A DNA stretch of 64,000 nucleotides, taken from positions 1 to 64,000 of IMG/VR virus record IMGVR_UViG_3300033076_000411; one strand, 5' to 3'. The number at the start of each line of letters is the position of its first letter. The first letter of the stretch is position 1. This document shows, piece by piece, positions 1 to 8,820 of the stretch. This stretch comes from a virus. Taxonomy: Duplodnaviria > Caudoviricetes. The position numbers and the translations under genes were made by a program. Below the pieces are notes generated by a model, which was given only the letters and a program-made list of their open reading frames with translations, did no database searches and had not been told where the DNA came from.

Positions 1-134
1 CCTTTAACCACATCGCCAAATTGCGATGCGAATGCTGCTGCTTCGGCATAATCTTGAAACGGTCCATTAATGATTCCACCGGCTACGAAAAAATACAACC
101 CATTTTTATCAACTTGTATTGTTATAGTGGCCAT
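1..134 (-). CDS. Hypothetical protein, N-terminal part only (runs off window start)
   Basis: ATG at 134 right after the TAA TAG of the upstream gene; frame open to the window edge (MATITIQVDKNGLYFF...). Not in the ORF track because it is truncated. Confidence 0.6.
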   Translation of the reverse strand, partial: MATITIQVDKNGLYFFVAGGIINGPFQDYAEAAAFASQFGDVVK

Positions 135-137
135 CTA

Positions 138-440
138 TTAGAATCCTAATGTTGCTTTAAGTGTAGTAATCTTAGGCAAGTAAATTGTTGTTCCTATTTT
201 AAAATCCAAAGGCGGTGCTTGTAGCGTATTTGGATTTCGTTGATAAAACACCCACCATAGTTGCGGACTTTGATACAAGTCATAGGCCAGCAAGTCAGGG
301 CGATACTGATACGTTTGATTAATAGTAAACTGTACGTCATCGTTTTCTTTAGGAATAGGTCTGTTGACCATCTTGTCTAAGAAGAACTGACTGTATGGCG
401 TAGCAAAGTACGGACTCATTGAATTATACGTTGCAGACAT
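138..440 (-). CDS. gp53: Baseplate wedge protein, gp53/LysM-like
   Basis: YRPDLLAYDLY..PQLWWVF..RN motif typical of T4 gp53-like proteins; TAATG overlap with upstream gene. Confidence 0.75.
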   Translation of the reverse strand: MSATYNSMSPYFATPYSQFFLDKMVNRPIPKENDDVQFTINQTYQYRPDLLAYDLYQSPQLWWVFYQRNPNTLQAPPLDFKIGTTIYLPKITTLKATLGF

Positions 441-1609
441 TACCAGAATCCTCCTTTGAGTAGATTACCATTTGCAAATTCCTTGTTGCTAAATTGTTTG
501 CTAACTTGCGATCTTGTTTGAATTGGCAACAGTGTGATGTTCAATTCAATTTTAGTAGGCACATAGGTTGCGCGGTTAGCGTTTGTTACTACACCAGGTA
601 CATCATTGCTTTGCGGTACACCAGTCAAAGCACCCGGTTTTAAAAAGTTTCCAAACTTATCTATAGCATTGGCCAATCTATTAATGGACGGCGGAAGCAA
701 ACTGCTGGTAGCACTGATTGGCGATATGCGATTCAGCATGTTAGATCCGTAATTGTTAGGGTTGGTTGCACGAATGTAATCAACGTCACTAGGTAAGTTG
801 TATTGAAAGTTGGAGATTACACATGGGTGACCGTTGAATTGAAATTCGCCAAGGCCAACAAGATACATTATGGGAGGAGGTGCGCCGCGCAATGGATCTT
901 GACCATAGAACATTTTTGTTGCTGAACGGAAAAAGTGAATCACTGCCAACATGTATTGTGCTTCGGCTGTGTCTTGTGCTGTGAAGGTTGCATTGATACT
1001 AACATCGTTGGCTGCACTATTTTTATAAAAATATCCACGATAGTTCGAATGAGTCATGTCGTACTTTTCGTAGTTTGCAGAGTAAGCAGTTTGAATCTGC
1101 GGTGTGTATGGAAAAATCACACCATTGCTTTTTGCCAATGGTGCTAGAATGCCCAACGATGCTGCTGGATCTTTATAAAGATATGTTGATCCTTCTGCTA
1201 AAACTAAACGAACCCGCCAATCTGCATTGCTTGGAGATTTATATCTTGCTGCATAGGTTGCTTGCTCTTTGGCACGTTGTCTAAATGCTGCTTCAGACGC
1301 TGCATTCAAGTTATCTTCGCTTTGCAGAATTTCTCTGTTTAGTTGTTGTTCTTCTTCTTGCTGCGCTACTTGCTCAGGAGTTAGTGCTTCAACACCAAGG
1401 TCTTCGGGACCAAACACACGAGGCTCAGTGTCTTCTTCTTCGATAGCACGAAGGCGGGCGGCTTCAAACGGATCTTGATCGTCAACTGTTTGATTGTTTT
1501 CTGCAACCACAGCATCTGCTTCGGCCTGCGCGGCCAGTACCGCAGCGACTTCCGGGTCCTCGTTTGGATTTACTGGAGCAGGGCTATAATCAATATTTTC
1601 GTCGGCCAT
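440..1609 (-). CDS. Baseplate/tail-tube-associated protein (gp48/gp54 or GpU-like tube fold) with acidic N-terminal extension
   Basis: GVIFPYTPQI...THSNY...FFRSATKMFYG...PPP...L.G.G...F...PCVI..F.Y.LP..VDYI pattern of tube-like baseplate proteins; late-promoter variant GGTAAATA at 1628-1635 (- strand). Confidence 0.6.
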   Translation of the reverse strand: MADENIDYSPAPVNPNEDPEVAAVLAAQAEADAVVAENNQTVDDQDPFEAARLRAIEEEDTEPRVFGPEDLGVEALTPEQVAQQEEEQQLNREILQSEDNLNAASEAAFRQRAKEQATYAARYKSPSNADWRVRLVLAEGSTYLYKDPAASLGILAPLAKSNGVIFPYTPQIQTAYSANYEKYDMTHSNYRGYFYKNSAANDVSINATFTAQDTAEAQYMLAVIHFFRSATKMFYGQDPLRGAPPPIMYLVGLGEFQFNGHPCVISNFQYNLPSDVDYIRATNPNNYGSNMLNRISPISATSSLLPPSINRLANAIDKFGNFLKPGALTGVPQSNDVPGVVTNANRATYVPTKIELNITLLPIQTRSQVSKQFSNKEFANGNLLKGGFW

Positions 1610-1666
1610 AATTTTATTCCTATACCTTATTTACCCAAAATTTTAACGGCGCAGTTTATAAAAAGG

Positions 1667-1694
1667 TTGACAAGTAGTAAAAAAGTGTTACAAT
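1667..1694 (+). promoter_or_regulatory. Sigma70-type promoter for the gp55-gp47-gp46 operon
   Basis: TTGACA (1667-1672), 16-nt spacer, TGn-TACAAT (1689-1694). Confidence 0.7.
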
Positions 1695-1722
1695 AAGTAT
1701 ACATCAGGAGACACAGTCAAAC

Positions 1723-2622
1723 ATGACTTTATTACCAAAACCACCCGCAAAAGTTAACTATCTTAACAACCGGGACATTCTAAAGGAAATTCACCTCAGT
1801 AAAAACACATACTGCTGGTACAAGGACAGAGTAAACGATCACCAATACGACATCATTTTACCAAGCCTTGACAAGATCAATCAACGCACTATTGTAGAAG
1901 CACGCCGTAATCGTGCAGATCGTATCAAGCGAGAAACAGGTGAAGTAATTGATCAAAAGAAGATTCCAAACACAGACTTGGTGTTTAGAATTACTGCATG
2001 GGACCATATACCCAAGGCACCCAAGAAGATTACAAAAGCAGAGGCTAAAAAGCGAAAACTTGAAGAAATCTTGGATTTAGACGATGTAACTGAAGACGAT
2101 CCATTAGCAGGGCTTGTAGACGAGCCAATTTTGGATATGAACCATGTTCGCTTAAACTTTCCTCCGTTTGAACACTACCGAATTGACGACGAAAAAACGC
2201 CGTTTATTGTGGGTCGAAGCCACTGGAAAGGGGACCTAGAGACGGGAGAGTTCTGTAGAGAACACGGCCAAATGACGCGAAAATTAGCCACAATGTTTAT
2301 GAAATTGTGCGAACGCTATGCTACACGCTCTAACTGGCGTGGTTATACTTACAACGAGGAAATGCGTGGACAAGCTCTTTTGCAACTTAGTCAGATTGGT
2401 CTACAGTTTGACGAATCCAAAAGTCAGAACCCGTTCGCTTACTATACCGCTGCGATCACTAATAGTTTTACACGGATTCTTAACATCGAGAAAAAGAACC
2501 AGAACATTCGAGATGACATCCTTGAAATGAACGGGCTCAATCCTTCATGGACTCGACAAAACTCCGGCAAACAAAGTATGGCTGCAATGTCCGGACCGGT
2601 TGTTTCTAGTCTCGATGAGTAG
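1723..2622 (+). CDS. gp55: Late-transcription sigma factor, gp55-like, with long N-terminal extension
   Basis: NWRGYTYNEEMRGQALLQL...FDESKSQNPFAYYT..I.NSF.RILN.EKK motif; sits upstream of gp47/gp46 as in T4-like phages. Ends in TAG. Confidence 0.85.
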   Translation: MTLLPKPPAKVNYLNNRDILKEIHLSKNTYCWYKDRVNDHQYDIILPSLDKINQRTIVEARRNRADRIKRETGEVIDQKKIPNTDLVFRITAWDHIPKAPKKITKAEAKKRKLEEILDLDDVTEDDPLAGLVDEPILDMNHVRLNFPPFEHYRIDDEKTPFIVGRSHWKGDLETGEFCREHGQMTRKLATMFMKLCERYATRSNWRGYTYNEEMRGQALLQLSQIGLQFDESKSQNPFAYYTAAITNSFTRILNIEKKNQNIRDDILEMNGLNPSWTRQNSGKQSMAAMSGPVVSSLDE

Positions 2623-2634
2623 TATACTAGGTAG

Positions 2635-3651
2635 ATGACTAACCTATTTAAAAAAGCAGCCATCTTCACAGATATCCACTTTGGCTTAAAGTCAAACTCT
2701 GTTCTCCACAACGAGGACTGTTTGGCTTTTGTCAAGTGGGCAACTGCCAAGGCAAAAGAAGAAGGCTGCGAAACCTGCATGTTCTTAGGAGATTGGCACA
2801 ACAACCGATCTACACTAAACATCGTCACACTGAACTACAGCCTACAAGCACTGGAGCATCTCAATGACAACTTTGATCATGTGTACTTTATTCCTGGTAA
2901 CCACGATCTTTATTATCGCGATAAACGGGATATCCAAAGTGTTGAGTGGGCAAAACATCTCCCTAATGTACATATTTGCAATGATTGGTTTGACAGTGGT
3001 AACGTTGTTATTGCACCTTGGCTGTGCGGTGATGACCATAAACGCTTGTCTAAGTTAAAAGGTGAGTATTTGTTCGGGCACTTTGAACTGCCCGGTTATT
3101 TGATGAACGCAATGGTGGAGATGCCTGATCATGGGGAACTGCAACGAGATAATCTTAACGGATTTGGTCATGTGTACACTGGGCACTTCCACAAGCGACA
3201 AACTAAAAAGAATATTACCTATATTGGTAATGCGTTCCCTCACAATTATGCAGACGCTGGCGACGACGAAAGAGGTCTCACAATTCTGGAGTGGGGAAGA
3301 CCGCCTGAATTTCATCAATGGCCTGCTCAACCGACGTACAGGGTATACGGTCTGGCAAACCTTATCGATAACGCTGCATCTCTTCTTAAGCCCAAGATGC
3401 ATGTACGTGTCAACCTTGACATTGAAATAAGTTACGAAGAAGCAAACTTTATCAAAGAAACATTTATCAAAACTTACGAACTTCGTGAGATGGCTCTGAT
3501 TCCAAACAAGGCAGCGGGTGTAGACGAAGACATGGCCCCCGGAGATGTAAAGTTCGAATCTGTTGATCAAATCGTAACGGATCAACTTACAAACATCGAG
3601 TCCGACTTCTACGACAATAAATTACTGCTCCAAATCTATCGGAACCTATGA
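2635..3651 (+). CDS. gp47: Recombination endonuclease, Mre11/SbcD-like
   Basis: Metallophosphoesterase motifs DIHFG, GDWH, GNHD, GHF, GHFH. Confidence 0.92.
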   Translation: MTNLFKKAAIFTDIHFGLKSNSVLHNEDCLAFVKWATAKAKEEGCETCMFLGDWHNNRSTLNIVTLNYSLQALEHLNDNFDHVYFIPGNHDLYYRDKRDIQSVEWAKHLPNVHICNDWFDSGNVVIAPWLCGDDHKRLSKLKGEYLFGHFELPGYLMNAMVEMPDHGELQRDNLNGFGHVYTGHFHKRQTKKNITYIGNAFPHNYADAGDDERGLTILEWGRPPEFHQWPAQPTYRVYGLANLIDNAASLLKPKMHVRVNLDIEISYEEANFIKETFIKTYELREMALIPNKAAGVDEDMAPGDVKFESVDQIVTDQLTNIESDFYDNKLLLQIYRNL

Positions 3652-5729
3652 TCAAATTTAAAAATTTAACTGTTAAAAACTTTATGAGTGTGGGTAATGC
3701 CACACAAGGCATTAACTTCGACCGTAACGACCTAACGCTGGTGCTAGGCGAAAACCTAGACCTAGGTGGCGATGGCTCGCGCAACGGCACAGGTAAGACT
3801 ACTATTATCAATGCGTTAAGTTATGCACTTTACGGTAATGCCCTAAGCAACATTCGCAAGGACAATCTTGTGAACAAAACCAACAGCAAGGGCATGTTGG
3901 TTAGTTTAGAGTTTGACGTCAACGGCAAAGAATACAAAATTGAACGCGGTCGCAAACCCAACGTGCTCAAGTTCTACGTTAACCACGAAGAGCAAGCCGC
4001 AACAGACGAAGCACAGGGCGAAAACAAAGAAACACAAGAAGCAATTGAGCGTATCCTGGGCATGAGTCATGATATGTTCAAGCACGTTCTTGCTCTTAAC
4101 ACATACACTGAACCGTTTTTAAGTTTAAAAGCCAACGACCAACGCACAATCATTGAGCAGTTGTTAGGTATTACTTTATTGTCCGAACGTGCCGACAAGA
4201 TCAAAGAACTCAACAAACAAACCAAAGATGCTATTTCTCAAGAAGAGTTCCGTGTTAGAGCCGTGCAAGAAGCCAACTCTCGCATAGAAGAACAAATCGA
4301 AAGTCTAAAGCGACGTAGTGGCCTATGGCAAAAGAAAATTGACAGCGACCTAGCATATCTAGCGTCCCAATACAATGAACTAGCAGAAATTGATATCGAA
4401 GTAGAGTTGCAGGCTCACAAAGATCTAGCAGTTTGGAGTGCAAAAAAGTCACAAGCCGACACATATAATGCACTGGTTGCTAGAGAAACTGCGTGGCGAC
4501 AAAAGCACAATAACGAAGTTGCTGAAGCAGGCCGTGCTTATTTAGACAAGAATCGCATCAACATCGAAACTGAGTTAGCAGCATGGGCGTCTTTAGCAGC
4601 ATACAATCAAAAAGCCAAAGACATTGCTGACTTAGAAAAACTCATTGCTCGTTGTGTTGCAGACGAAGCCAAAGAAAACAAACTTGTAGAGAAGTTAAAA
4701 GCAGAAGTTGAAGAACTAAAGAATCACAAGTGCTATGCGTGTGGCCAAGACTTCCACGACACTAATCACGAGTCAGTGCTAGCAGCAAAAGAAAAAGCCC
4801 TGCAAGAAGCAGCCCTGCAAGCACTGGCTACCAATACACAATGGATCGAAAATACTGATGCGTTGAAAGCGTTGGGAGAGTTAGGCACAAAGCCAACCAC
4901 GCATTACAAAACAGAAGCCGAAGCCATTAGGCATTCTAGCGAACTCAACAGTTTAAAGGCAGCGTTGGATGCCAAAGAAGCAGAAACCAATCCGTTCTCT
5001 GAACAAATCGAAGAACTAGAAGAAGTTATTGTTCCGCCGCAGCCTGCAACACATTACGACAAAGAGTCCGAAGCAATTGAGCATCGTAGTAAAGTAAACA
5101 ACCTGCTAGAGCAGATTGCTAAAAAGGGCGAAGAGAAAGATCCGTACACAGAACAGATTGAAGAAATGCAAAAGCAAGCCCTTCAAACTATAAATTACGA
5201 CACTATCAACGAACTCACAAGACTGCAAGAGCATCAAGAGTTCTTGCTTAAACTATTAACATCCAAAGACTCATTTGTTCGTAAGAAGATTATTGATCAA
5301 AACTTGGCGTATCTCAATCAACGATTAACACACTACTTGGATCGTATCGGATTGCCGCATACAGTTAAGTTCAACAATGATTTGTCAGTTTCAATTGAAG
5401 AACTAGGTCGAGAACTAGACTTTGACAACTTGAGTCGCGGCGAACGCACACGACTGATCCTGTCAATGTCCTGGGCATTCCGTGATGTTTGGGAATCGTT
5501 GTATCATCCAATCAACTTGTTGTTCATTGACGAACTCATTGACAACGGTTTAGATACATCAGGTGTCGAAAACGCACTGGGACTGTTGAAGAAAATAAGT
5601 CGTGAACGTCACAAATCTATTTGGCTTGTGTCTCACAGAGACGAGTTAGCCGGACGAGTAGAAAATATACTCAAAGTAGTCAAAGAAAACGGCTTCACGT
5701 CGTATAATACAGATATAGATGTCGCGTAA
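3648..5729 (+). CDS. gp46: Recombination ATPase, Rad50/SbcC-like
   Basis: Walker A GSRNGTGKT, central zinc hook CYAC, signature LSRGE, Walker B LLFIDE, H-loop SH; ATGA overlap with gp47. Confidence 0.93.
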   Translation: MIKFKNLTVKNFMSVGNATQGINFDRNDLTLVLGENLDLGGDGSRNGTGKTTIINALSYALYGNALSNIRKDNLVNKTNSKGMLVSLEFDVNGKEYKIERGRKPNVLKFYVNHEEQAATDEAQGENKETQEAIERILGMSHDMFKHVLALNTYTEPFLSLKANDQRTIIEQLLGITLLSERADKIKELNKQTKDAISQEEFRVRAVQEANSRIEEQIESLKRRSGLWQKKIDSDLAYLASQYNELAEIDIEVELQAHKDLAVWSAKKSQADTYNALVARETAWRQKHNNEVAEAGRAYLDKNRINIETELAAWASLAAYNQKAKDIADLEKLIARCVADEAKENKLVEKLKAEVEELKNHKCYACGQDFHDTNHESVLAAKEKALQEAALQALATNTQWIENTDALKALGELGTKPTTHYKTEAEAIRHSSELNSLKAALDAKEAETNPFSEQIEELEEVIVPPQPATHYDKESEAIEHRSKVNNLLEQIAKKGEEKDPYTEQIEEMQKQALQTINYDTINELTRLQEHQEFLLKLLTSKDSFVRKKIIDQNLAYLNQRLTHYLDRIGLPHTVKFNNDLSVSIEELGRELDFDNLSRGERTRLILSMSWAFRDVWESLYHPINLLFIDELIDNGLDTSGVENALGLLKKISRERHKSIWLVSHRDELAGRVENILKVVKENGFTSYNTDIDVA

Positions 5730-6585
5730 TATAAAAGTCTTACACTTAGAACCAACGGATGTGTGCCAGGCCGCATGTCCGTTGTGTGCTCGCGAAACAG
5801 ACCGGAACTTTCACAAACATCAACAACATCACTTGACTGTGCGTCAGGTACTAAAGCATTTTGATGATGATGCTATTCAACAGTTAGACAAGATGTTTAT
5901 GTGCGGCAACTACGGAGATCCAGTTGCTGGCAAAAACACAGTTGAACTATATCAGTACTTTAGATCAGTAAACCCCAACATTGTACTAGGCATGAACACC
6001 AATGGTGCTATTCAGAATCCGTTCTGGTGGTACGGTCTTGCTAAGATATTGAATCAACCACAAGACTATGTTGTTTTTTCCATTGACGGGTTAGAAAATA
6101 CCAACTCAGTGTATCGAAAGAATGTGGACTGGAACAAGTTAATGTCCAACGCAAGATCTTTTATAGAAGCAGGCGGTTCGGCACACTGGGACATGTTGGT
6201 TTACAAACACAATCAGCATCAAGTCGATGAGTGTGAGCAACTTGCCAAGGACATGGGATTCAAATGGTTCCGTGCCAAAGTATCAAAGCGTGGGTTCACA
6301 GACAGACTAGAAGCCCCTATTGGTTGGCTATCTCCCAATGTGCAAGGAACAAAAGTTAATTGTCACGCACTCAATGAGCAAAGCGCATACATCGACGCAC
6401 AAGGAAATTTAAGTCCTTGTTGTTGGCTTGGTGCTCGGCAAAAAGATTTTATTGCAAACTTTGATGAAATACAAAGTTCGTGGACTAGCATGCAACCTAA
6501 CATAGTGTGCTTAGATACGTGTGGTACCAAAGGTGTTAACACAAGTTTTTCAAATCAATGGCAGAGAGAAACACAATTATGTTAG
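5719..6585 (+). CDS. Radical SAM enzyme with C-terminal SPASM/twitch-like cysteines
   Basis: CQAACPLC (CxxxCxxC), MCGNYGDP, TNG, SIDG, C-terminal SPCCW...CLDTC. Ends in TAG. Confidence 0.85.
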   Translation: MSRNIKVLHLEPTDVCQAACPLCARETDRNFHKHQQHHLTVRQVLKHFDDDAIQQLDKMFMCGNYGDPVAGKNTVELYQYFRSVNPNIVLGMNTNGAIQNPFWWYGLAKILNQPQDYVVFSIDGLENTNSVYRKNVDWNKLMSNARSFIEAGGSAHWDMLVYKHNQHQVDECEQLAKDMGFKWFRAKVSKRGFTDRLEAPIGWLSPNVQGTKVNCHALNEQSAYIDAQGNLSPCCWLGARQKDFIANFDEIQSSWTSMQPNIVCLDTCGTKGVNTSFSNQWQRETQLC

Positions 6586-7589
6586 CCACTTGGCATTTTC
6601 ATATAGAAGTTTCAAGCAAATGTACCCTTGCTTGCCCTCGCTGTGCTCGTCAAGAGGTTCCCAACAGTCTTGTTAACACTGAACTAGACTTAGAGTTCTT
6701 TAAGAAGAACTTTACTCGAGAGTTTGTATTAGCAAACGTAGAGAAGATTACATTCTGCGGCGACGATGGCGATCCTATCTATGCACATGACTTGATTCCT
6801 ATCATCAAATATCTCAAAGATATCAAGCCTGTTGAGATTGTTATTATAACCAACGGTTCTTATAAAAAAGTTGAGTGGTGGGCAGCATTGGGAAATCTAC
6901 TGGATTCCTATGACAGTGTGCATTTTAGTATCGACGGCTACGACAATGCCAGCAACAACTTGTATCGTGTCAACAGCGACTACGACAGTATCATTGCAGG
7001 ACTGCAAACTCTGCGAGCCACAAGTCGTTGTAAAATTGTATGGGCTGCAATTGCATTCAAGTTCAACGAACACAAACTAGACTACATGCAGAACTTTGCA
7101 AAACAACTAGGAGTTGACGTATTCCAGTTAACAAAAAGCACAAAGTTTGGCAGTGTATATCCATCTTACGGTACAGACGATCCTCTTCAGCCCAGTGTAG
7201 GATTTGTTAGTAGTACACATCGATTTGAACGTGAAGTGACTGCGTTGTCTGAATCAGGCGAATGGCAATCAATTCCGTTAACAAACAACAAACTATTCAA
7301 TCAAACTAAAAGTCGTAACGGAGTTACTCCGTTATGCGAAATAGGCAACAAAGGATTGTACATTGATTCCCAGGGCAAATTATTCCCTTGCTGCTGGGTA
7401 GCAAACAGATACAACCACAATTCAGACTGGCAGCAAATAGCAAGCAACTTTAATTTAAACAAAAGAACTTTAACAGACGTATTAGCAGACTCGTTTTGGT
7501 CTACAGAATTTCAAACATTTAAGTGGCAGGAATGTCAAACCAAGTGCAAAAGTTCATTAGTAGACGAAAAATACGGTACTTCGTGGTGA
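6579..7589 (+). CDS. Radical SAM enzyme with C-terminal SPASM/twitch-like cysteines
   Basis: CTLACPRC, FCGDDGDP, TNG, SIDG, FPCCW...CQTKC. Start placed at ATG 6579 (MLATWHF) rather than 6558 because it overlaps the upstream stop. Confidence 0.85.
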   Translation: MLATWHFHIEVSSKCTLACPRCARQEVPNSLVNTELDLEFFKKNFTREFVLANVEKITFCGDDGDPIYAHDLIPIIKYLKDIKPVEIVIITNGSYKKVEWWAALGNLLDSYDSVHFSIDGYDNASNNLYRVNSDYDSIIAGLQTLRATSRCKIVWAAIAFKFNEHKLDYMQNFAKQLGVDVFQLTKSTKFGSVYPSYGTDDPLQPSVGFVSSTHRFEREVTALSESGEWQSIPLTNNKLFNQTKSRNGVTPLCEIGNKGLYIDSQGKLFPCCWVANRYNHNSDWQQIASNFNLNKRTLTDVLADSFWSTEFQTFKWQECQTKCKSSLVDEKYGTSW

Positions 7590-7607
7590 TCGTGATAACT
7601 ATGTTAC

Positions 7608-8042
7608 ATGACATGGCTTTACGAAAATCAACCAGTAGAAACACTACCCGAAGATTGTGTGGGCTTTGTCTACATCATCACTAACCTATCAAACGATCGC
7701 AAATACATAGGCAAAAAACTAGCAAAATTCTCTAAGACAACTTATAAAACAGTCAAACTCAAAAACGGCAGCAAGAAGAAAAAGAAGATCAAATCTAAGA
7801 TTGATTCAGATTGGCAAGAATACTACGGTTCCAGCCCTGAACTATCTAAAGATGTAGAACTTTTTGGCAAAGACAATTTTAAAAGAGAAATACTTTATTA
7901 CTGCAAATCTAAATCAGAGTGTAGTTATATCGAAGCAAGAGAACAATTTTCACGCAGAGTGCTAGAATCCAAAGACTGGTACAACGGCCACATTCAAGTC
8001 CGTGTACATGGCAGTCACATAATCAACAAACTAAACGGTTAA
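7608..8042 (+). CDS. Small GIY-YIG nuclease-family protein with Lys-rich insert
   Basis: GFVYIITN..N.RKYIGKK (GIY-YIG), YYGSS, REIL, EAREQF, YNG; Lys-rich stretch KTVKLKNGSKKKKKIKSK. Confidence 0.75.
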   Translation: MTWLYENQPVETLPEDCVGFVYIITNLSNDRKYIGKKLAKFSKTTYKTVKLKNGSKKKKKIKSKIDSDWQEYYGSSPELSKDVELFGKDNFKREILYYCKSKSECSYIEAREQFSRRVLESKDWYNGHIQVRVHGSHIINKLNG

Positions 8043-8483
8043 GCAGTTACGGCCCGCACAAGCCAATATCGTGTGCCCTAGACCTGGATCTCGGATCACA
8101 GGGATGGAAGTCTCACCGCGCTAGTGAGCACTCAATCACTATCCTTGACAGGACGAAGATCGCGAAATGCTGCGGTTTGATTGTTTGAACAGAATTTAAA
8201 AAAGCAAAAAGACGCTACCGTGGGGTAGCACGTTTGTACGTATGTTAGCGTATATTGTACAAGCCGCCGTTGTGATAAAGACGACACTCGAGGTACCGGA
8301 CAACCGCCTCTGTAATGTGTTAACGCTAAGTGACTTGCCCGACTCGGATGAAGTTTCTTTGCCCTGTGCGGGCAAAGTGTGACCATAAGATCTGGATGAA
8401 GACTTAAATCGCTTCGCTCTTTGTAACAATAACATTAACGAGCGATAGCGAAGTTAATAGATGTGCGTAGCACATCTTGATAG
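8043..8483 (+). ncRNA. Candidate large structured non-coding RNA (unassigned; strand inferred)
   Basis: About 440 nt without a credible gene; at least nine hairpins found by eye plus long-range complementarities (see findings). Confidence 0.55.
8459..8477. terminator. Perfect 8-bp hairpin between convergent transcription units
   Basis: AGATGTGC-gta-GCACATCT, 6 nt from the stop of the - strand operon; no strong U tract. Confidence 0.4.
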
Positions 8484-8819
8484 TTAAAACTTATCTGGCC
8501 AATCTCTAAACAGTGCATGTTGAATATTGCCACTGACAAATTGATTAAAGGATTTGTGTTTAGTTTCGAGTTCTCCTTGTTGAGGTGCTACTCGTTTAAA
8601 TGCTTCGTCCATTTGAGCCATGTCACGAAACTCCATGATAATCATCCATTCTGGCATGTCTGCGATTGAACGGAATCCCATCTTGCATCTTGTGATGCGA
8701 TAACTCTCCATTTTACCTTCTGATATAAGATGATCAAAGAATCCCTTCATGCCATTGACCCAGTCAATGTCTGATATGTCGCCTTCTTTGTCTGCCCAAA
8801 TTGTATATAAATCTGCCAT
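8484..8819 (-). CDS. DUF6614-like small protein
   Basis: MADLYTIW.D......D..W...MK.F.DHL.SEG.MESYRITR.K.G.......EW.I.MEF.DMAQMDEAF pattern; start at ATG 8819, one base after the amidinotransferase stop. Confidence 0.55.
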   Translation of the reverse strand: MADLYTIWADKEGDISDIDWVNGMKGFFDHLISEGKMESYRITRCKMGFRSIADMPEWMIIMEFRDMAQMDEAFKRVAPQQGELETKHKSFNQFVSGNIQHALFRDWPDKF

Positions 8820-8820
8820 G

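Noticed and set aside
6583-6585. Amber readthrough fusions at 6585 and 22942
   Set aside because: Readthrough frames hit further stops and are not in frame with the next gene, so only short extensions are possible.
8132-8435. Minus-strand ORFs 8132-8386 and 8196-8435
   Set aside because: No RBS or recognisable motif, atypical composition, and they overlap the structured region.
8043-8483. RNase P RNA, tmRNA, group I intron or hammerhead identity for the structured region
   Set aside because: Only partial look-alikes (GATGGAAGTCT, ACAGAA, GGATGA). There is no tRNA-like end, no full CR-V or P7 consensus and no CUGANGA core, so it is left unassigned.
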